Source: Macrostomum hystrix
Taxonomy: Eukaryota > Animalia > Platyhelminthes
Assembly: GCA_950097015.1 (NCBI GenBank)
Contig: CATNEN010000025.1
Span: 2,666,001 to 2,730,000 of the forward strand
Length of the DNA: 64,000 nt
Direction of reading: 5' to 3'
In this document: piece by piece, positions 58,499 through 64,000 of the stretch
Position numbering within the stretch: position 1 is the first letter of the stretch
Layout: every line of letters starts with the position of its first letter
Translations under genes and position numbers: made by a program
Notes under the pieces: generated by a model
Told to the model about the DNA's origin: nothing
Databases searched by the model: none
The model's input: the letters and a program-made list of their open reading frames with translations, nothing else

Positions 58499-58777
58499 CT
58501 TAGTACCATCTGGACTCCAACAGCTGTCAAGTACTGGTCCCTGGTTAGTCTGTGATGCTTTTAATTGGCTCTGGCCAGTGGCGGCAATCTCGTAGCAGCG
58601 CACCTGCCCATCCCAGGAGGTTGACAACAGGTAGCTGGCACCAGACACTGGAGTAAAGTGCAAACTAGTCACCGAATCATCTGGCGGATTGACCACTTCA
58701 ATGTCCGGATTCTCTGGTACTGAGGTTGACACACCAAAAGCACCCATTGGGCGAGCAGCTGCTGCTGTGCCAAACAT
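58499..58777 (-). CDS. RAE1: Rae1/Gle2, coding exon 1
   Basis: MFG...DIEVVNPPDDSVTSLHF...STSWDGQVRCYEI...GPVLDSCWSPDGTK; donor AAG|GTCAGT; full CDS 363 aa. Confidence 0.96.
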
Positions 58778-60784
58778 TTTCTGTTGTAGAATTAAGCTGG
58801 AGATATTAAAAAAACAGTCACAATCATTGCATTGTCTTGACCTACAATGACACCATCTTCTTCATATAATGATATTCTGCAATTTTACTAATTGCAGCTA
58901 GGGTAATTTTCTAGATTTCCTTGAGTAATTATTTTTACAGTTTTTTTTCTTTTGAGTAATTTTTTTGTTTTTTTGTAACAATCAGTACTAAAACAGTTTA
59001 TTTTATTCATTTTATTTTTGCTTTTTTATCAGTAGGCACAATAGTAACCTATAACTATAAGACATAAAATTAGCCTACAACTTGGCCTATTGATCTTTTA
59101 ATGAAAAAATCTATATATTTCTTGTAATATACTTAGATTTAATGTATAAGTGACTGATGACTTAAAATGACAGAAAATGACAGAAAATTTAGTTTGTCAT
59201 GTGAAAGGTTTTGACTAGCAGAATAGTGCCAGCCTAAAGTAAATGTATGCTGGAATTTTCTGGAGTACACTACATAATCCAGACTATGGCTATGGGGTTA
59301 GAATCTAAATATAAGCATTTCTAAAAAATGTACAAACAGTCTTTTATAGCAGTGGAAAACAAACTACAAAACTAAAAAAAAAATTTATCTAAAAATTACT
59401 CTTTGTTTCCTACTAGGCCCCTACTCAAGACTTGGAAATAATTTTGATGGTTCAAATTTAAGCCTAATTTTTTAAAGCCTACTGCAATATATATGTAAAG
59501 GGGCCTCATTGGTCAAATCAAATTAGAGCGTGAAATATTTTTATATATTCTTTTATATGCTATAAATATCAAAACATAATCTTTGTTTTACTCCACTGAA
59601 ATATACTGGGAATATTCAATAAGATTTTGGTATAAATACAGAGGGGTTTTATATAGGAAGCTAACTGTTTCAAGCCTATTATAAGAAACAGTTCAAATCT
59701 CCTTGTGAGCAATCTTACAAAGCCTTACTTATTTTTAAAGTAAGTGGAAGCTGTGAACAATCCGATCCGGGGAAAGCCCGAGTACAGACTGGCCAAAGAG
59801 CCTGAAATATCTGACTAAATTGTCTGAAACACCTGAGAGCAGTGTCTCCAGAATTGCCTAGATCTAATATCTAGAATACTAGTGGCAGAAGGCCAGATCT
59901 ATCGTGTTAAGAGCCAAGCTACCAAAACTATCAGTAGTTTGAATCAATCCACCCAAAAGGGGTGCGTTATAATGATTGTATAGGTCACTTTAAGTGACTG
60001 AAGACAATAAGCAAGGAAGTTAAGCCAACCATTTACATTATGTATTATTAAAGAGGAGAATTTGAATTACTAGGAAAGTTCAATATAGAAGAAGCACTAC
60101 AACATTTACAAAAAATTGTAAAGTTAAGTAACTTTATTAGAAGCCATTCACCAGCTCTACAATCCTCCTCCTCTCCACTATTCTAAAAATGAAATGCTTG
60201 CTTGGTTGGTTGGTTGGTTGTAATTGATTTTCTCCCGAACGGCTCAACTGATTTTCACCATTTCTTCACCAAAAGATGCCAAATATGGGGACAATTATAC
60301 ACGTATTTTTATTAAGCTTAACTTTATTGCTAAAGGGATTAAATATTCGAAAAACATGATTTTTTCAAAGGTCAAACCATCTTGGCCTATTGAGAATTTT
60401 ACTCACTGCCACTGAATTAGAATTGCATCGTCAAATTGCGCAACAACCCCTAGCTGATTGAATTTGAAGCCTGCACTCTGGAGACAAATTGGAAATAAAT
60501 GTACACAACCAACCGCGAGACTGAGTGTACTCTATTTTCTTACTTCATTGTACAAAGCCAGAACTTTGAGAATTCATTTTATAAGGCTGATTTTAGCACC
60601 CACTAACCAACAGTCGGAATAGCCGATGTGTAGGCACTAGGAATAGGTTATAGGCTAGGCTAGGGTTCGATTCTGCACTGCGTCAAATCATTTAGACTAA
60701 TTTTCAGCCAGTAGTGATTGAAGATTATTTTAATTTATTTTTATCATTTCGTAAATAGAATATCATTAACCATAGAAAATCTGA

Positions 60785-62130
60785 GTTTGAATCAATGCAA
60801 AAATAGCGTCTGAACCATGGCTAAACCAGAGTCTGAATCATGGCAAAACCAGAGTCTGAATTATGGCTAAACCATAATATGAATCATGGCTAAACCAGAG
60901 TCTAAATTATGGCTAAACCATAGTATGAATCATGGCTAAACCATTGTCTGAATCATGGCTAAACCAGCGTCTGAATCATGGCTAACCCAGCGTTTGAATC
61001 ATGGCTAAACCAGAGTTTGAATCATGGCTAAACTGGAGTCTGAATCATGGCTAAACCATAGTCTGAATCATGGCTAAACCAGAGCTTGAATCATGGCAAA
61101 ACTGGAGTCTGAATCATGGCTAAACCATAGTCTGAATCATGGCTAAACCAGATCTTGAATCATGGCTAAACCAGAGCTTGAATCAAGGCTAAACCAGAGT
61201 TTGAATCATGGCAAAACCAGAGTTTGAATCATTGCTAAACCAGAGTTTGAATCATTGCTAAACCAGAGTTTCAATCATGACAAAAATCATGGCAAACCTG
61301 AGTTTGAATCATTGCAAAAATAGAGTTTGAATCATGGCTAATCCAGAGTCTGAATCATGGCTAAACCAGCGTTTGAATTATGGCTAAACCAGAGTTTGAA
61401 TCATGGCTAAACCAGAGTTTGAATCATGGCTAAACCAGAGTTTGAATCATGGCCAACCAGAGTCTGAATCATGGCTAAACCAGAGTTTGAATCATGGCCA
61501 ACCAGAGTTTGAATCATGGCTAAACCAGAGTTTGAATCATGGCTAAACCATCATCATCAGCATGGCTAAACCAGAGTTTGAATCATGGCTAAACCAGCGT
61601 TTGAATCATGGCTAAACCATCATCATCAGCATGGCTAAACAAGAGTTTGAATCATGGCTAAACCAGAGTCTGAAACATGGCTAAACCAGAGTCTGAATCA
61701 TGGCTAAACCAGAGTTTCAATCATTGCTAAACCAGATTTTGAATCTTGGTTAAACCAGCGTTTGAATTATGGCTAAACCAGAGTTAGAATCATGGCTAAA
61801 CCAGAGTTTGAATCATGGCTAAACCGGAGTTTGAATCATGGCTAAACCAGAGTTTGAATCATGGCTAAACCAGAGTTTGAATCATGGCTAAACCGGAGTT
61901 TGAATCATGGCTAAACAAGAGCTTGAATCATGGCTAAACCAGAGTTTGAATCATGGCTAAACCACAGTCTGAATCATGGCTAAACCAAAGTCTGAATCAT
62001 GGCTAAACCAGAGTTTGAATCATGGCTAAACCGGAGTTTGAATCAAGGCTAAACAAGAGTTAGAATCATGGCTAAACCAGCGTTTGAATCATGGCTAAAC
62101 CAGCGTTTGAATCATGGCTAAACCAGAACT
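60785..62130. repeat. 23-bp minisatellite, about 55 copies
   Basis: Unit GAATCATGGCTAAACCAGAGTTT. Confidence 0.95.
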
Positions 62131-63090
62131 GGGGGATAATCGTCAACTGGGGGATCATAGTAAACTGGGGGATAATTGTCAACTGGGGGATCATTGTCAA
62201 CTGGAGGATAATTGTCCACTGGGGAATCATCATCAAATGGGGGATCATGGTCAACTGGGGATCATCATCAATTGGGAGTTATCATCAAATGGGGGATCAC
62301 AGTCAACTGAGAGATAATTGTCGACTTGGGGATCATTGTCAACTGGGAGATCATTGTCAACTGGGGGATCATTGTCAACTGGGGGATCATTGTCAACTGC
62401 GTGATCATCATCAACTGGGGGATCATTGTCAACTGGGGGATCATTGACAACTGGGGGAACATTGTCAACTGGGGGATCATTGTCAACTCACTCAACTGCG
62501 TGATCTTCATCAACTGGGGGATCATTTTCAACTGTGGGAACATTGTCAACTGGGGATCATCATCAATGGGGAGTCATCATTAACTGGGAGATCATTGTCA
62601 ACTGCGTGATCATCATCAATTGGGGGATTATTGTCAACTGGGGGATCATTGTCAACTTGGGGATCATTGTCATGGTCAACTGGGGATCATCATCAATTGG
62701 GAGTCATCATCAAATGGGGGATCATAGTCAACTGAGAGATAATTGTCGACTGGGGGATCATTGTCAACTGGGAGATCATTGTGAACCAGGGGATCATTGT
62801 CAACTGGGGGTTCATTGTCAACTGGGTGATCATTATCAACTGGGGGATCATTGTCAACTGGGGGATCATTGCCAACTGGGGGATCATTGTCAACTGGGGA
62901 TCATCATCAATAGGGAGTCATCATTAACTGGGGGATCATTGTCAAATGCGTGACCATCATCAATTGGGGGATTATTTTCAACTTGGGGATCATTATCAAC
63001 TGGGGGATCATTGTCAACTGGGGGATCATTGTCAACTGGGGGATCATTGTCAACTGGGGGATCATTATCAACTGGGGGATCATTGTCATC
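62130..63090. repeat. 18-bp G-run minisatellite, about 50 copies
   Basis: Unit TGGGGGATCATTGTCAAC, directly abutting the 23-bp array. Confidence 0.94.
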
Positions 63091-64000
63091 TGATCATTGT
63101 AGCGCAAAAAAGGCTGAAAATACAGCTGCTAAAAAGTATATACTGGACGAACTAAAAATATTTCTGCTCCCCGAAGGGGGGCAAAACTTGCTAGTTTTTT
63201 GGTAGAGCTAAAAACAAAGGTATAAGGTATAACTAAAAACGGCACCAAGAAAAGCTACTTAAGAAGACGTAAAATTACTTGATCTTGAGACGTCCGTCGA
63301 TCGTCCATGTAACATTATCTTTTTATTATATTAGTCAAGTGAAGTTATTTATATTAAGGAATATAACTAAAGCTTGCTCTTCCTTGTCAGTTATAGCATT
63401 ATTTTAAAGCATATAGATTTATAGCAAAAACCAGTGTTGTTGTACATTTAAGATGGAGTTGTAAATGTATTATGAATTTAAGACGATGGAAGCAAGCAAT
63501 ATTTTAATTAATTGAATATCATAAGGGGGTGTATAAAACATGGGCTCGCATTGGGCACACTGGGACCACTGGGTTTGAAACATTATAACAAAAAATACAT
63601 TTCTTTACCTTCATCAGCGTTTAATGCAAGAAGAGGAAAATAGAAAAAAAATTTTTATTTTCAGAAACGTTTTTTTTAATTGCTACGTCTTTACTTGATA
63701 ACTCAAATGTTTTAACAACGATTTTCAACTTCCTTTCGATTAAATATTTGCTTTCAACTGAAAGCTTTACTTTTTCTCGAAAAGCAACGAGAAAGCTGTA
63801 GTAATTACTCAACTTGTTTGCTGGTAAATTATAAAAATGATTTACTTTGTAATGATTTTTGTTTCTAATAGTTTCTGTTAAAGAAGAAGGCATGGAAAAA
63901 AATCCGTGCCAACAAGCTGCCAATTACGTATATTGACCAACAAAAGTAAGGATAATACATACGCTGTGGAACACATATAGAGCTGACTAGAAAGTTAAAA

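Larger units (their letters stand above)
60174..63194 (+). mobile_element. Candidate non-autonomous Helitron enclosing two minisatellite arrays
   Basis: 3' end: hairpin TGCTCCCC-GAA-GGGGGGCA (63165-63183), 7 nt, then CTAG|T. 5' end: TCCACTATTCTAAAAATG followed by (TTGG)n and CTCCCGAACGGCTCAACTGATTTT. The exact 5' base is uncertain (60163-60174). Confidence 0.5.

Noticed and set aside
60663-60673. tRNA B box GGGTTCGATTC
   Set aside because: No cloverleaf or clear A box; at most a SINE or tRNA remnant.
1-64000. Prokaryotic or phage systems (operons, defence islands)
   Set aside because: All genuine genes are intron-containing eukaryotic homologues, with no bacterial gene architecture.

Overview
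Eukaryotic (animal) genomic DNA, not prokaryotic: it has spliceosomal GT-AG introns, tRNA-derived SINEs and TTAGGG repeats. It is most likely a Macrostomum-type flatworm (inference from a two-alpha-crystallin-domain sHSP, a near match to the Macrostomum spliced leader as I recall it, and a minisatellite-saturated genome). Five intron-containing genes could be built by hand: a two-ACD small heat-shock protein (+, 19178-20541), a MiT/TFE (Mitf/TFEB) bHLH-Zip factor (+, 26419-37977), an unassigned coiled-coil/poly-P/poly-Q protein (-, 47998-45701), a synaptotagmin-like TM-C2-C2 protein (+, 51628-54597) and Rae1/Gle2 (-, 58777-56305). There is also one tRNA-Cys(GCA). About 26 different tandem arrays with 9-55 bp units cover roughly 40% of the window, filling several introns almost completely; nearly all long ORFs in the supplied track are artefacts of these arrays. 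Two SINE families (6 and 4 copies) are present. The most interesting signals are a degenerate spliced-leader copy (1078-1121), a candidate non-autonomous Helitron carrying two minisatellite arrays (about 60174-63194), a CORE-like SINE, a (TTAGGG)n tract at a SINE 3' end, a cluster of kB-like motifs around Mitf, and a probable intron branch point supplied by a minisatellite unit. No similarity search could be run. Family assignments rest on motifs recalled from memory, and repeat boundaries and copy numbers are approximate hand counts.
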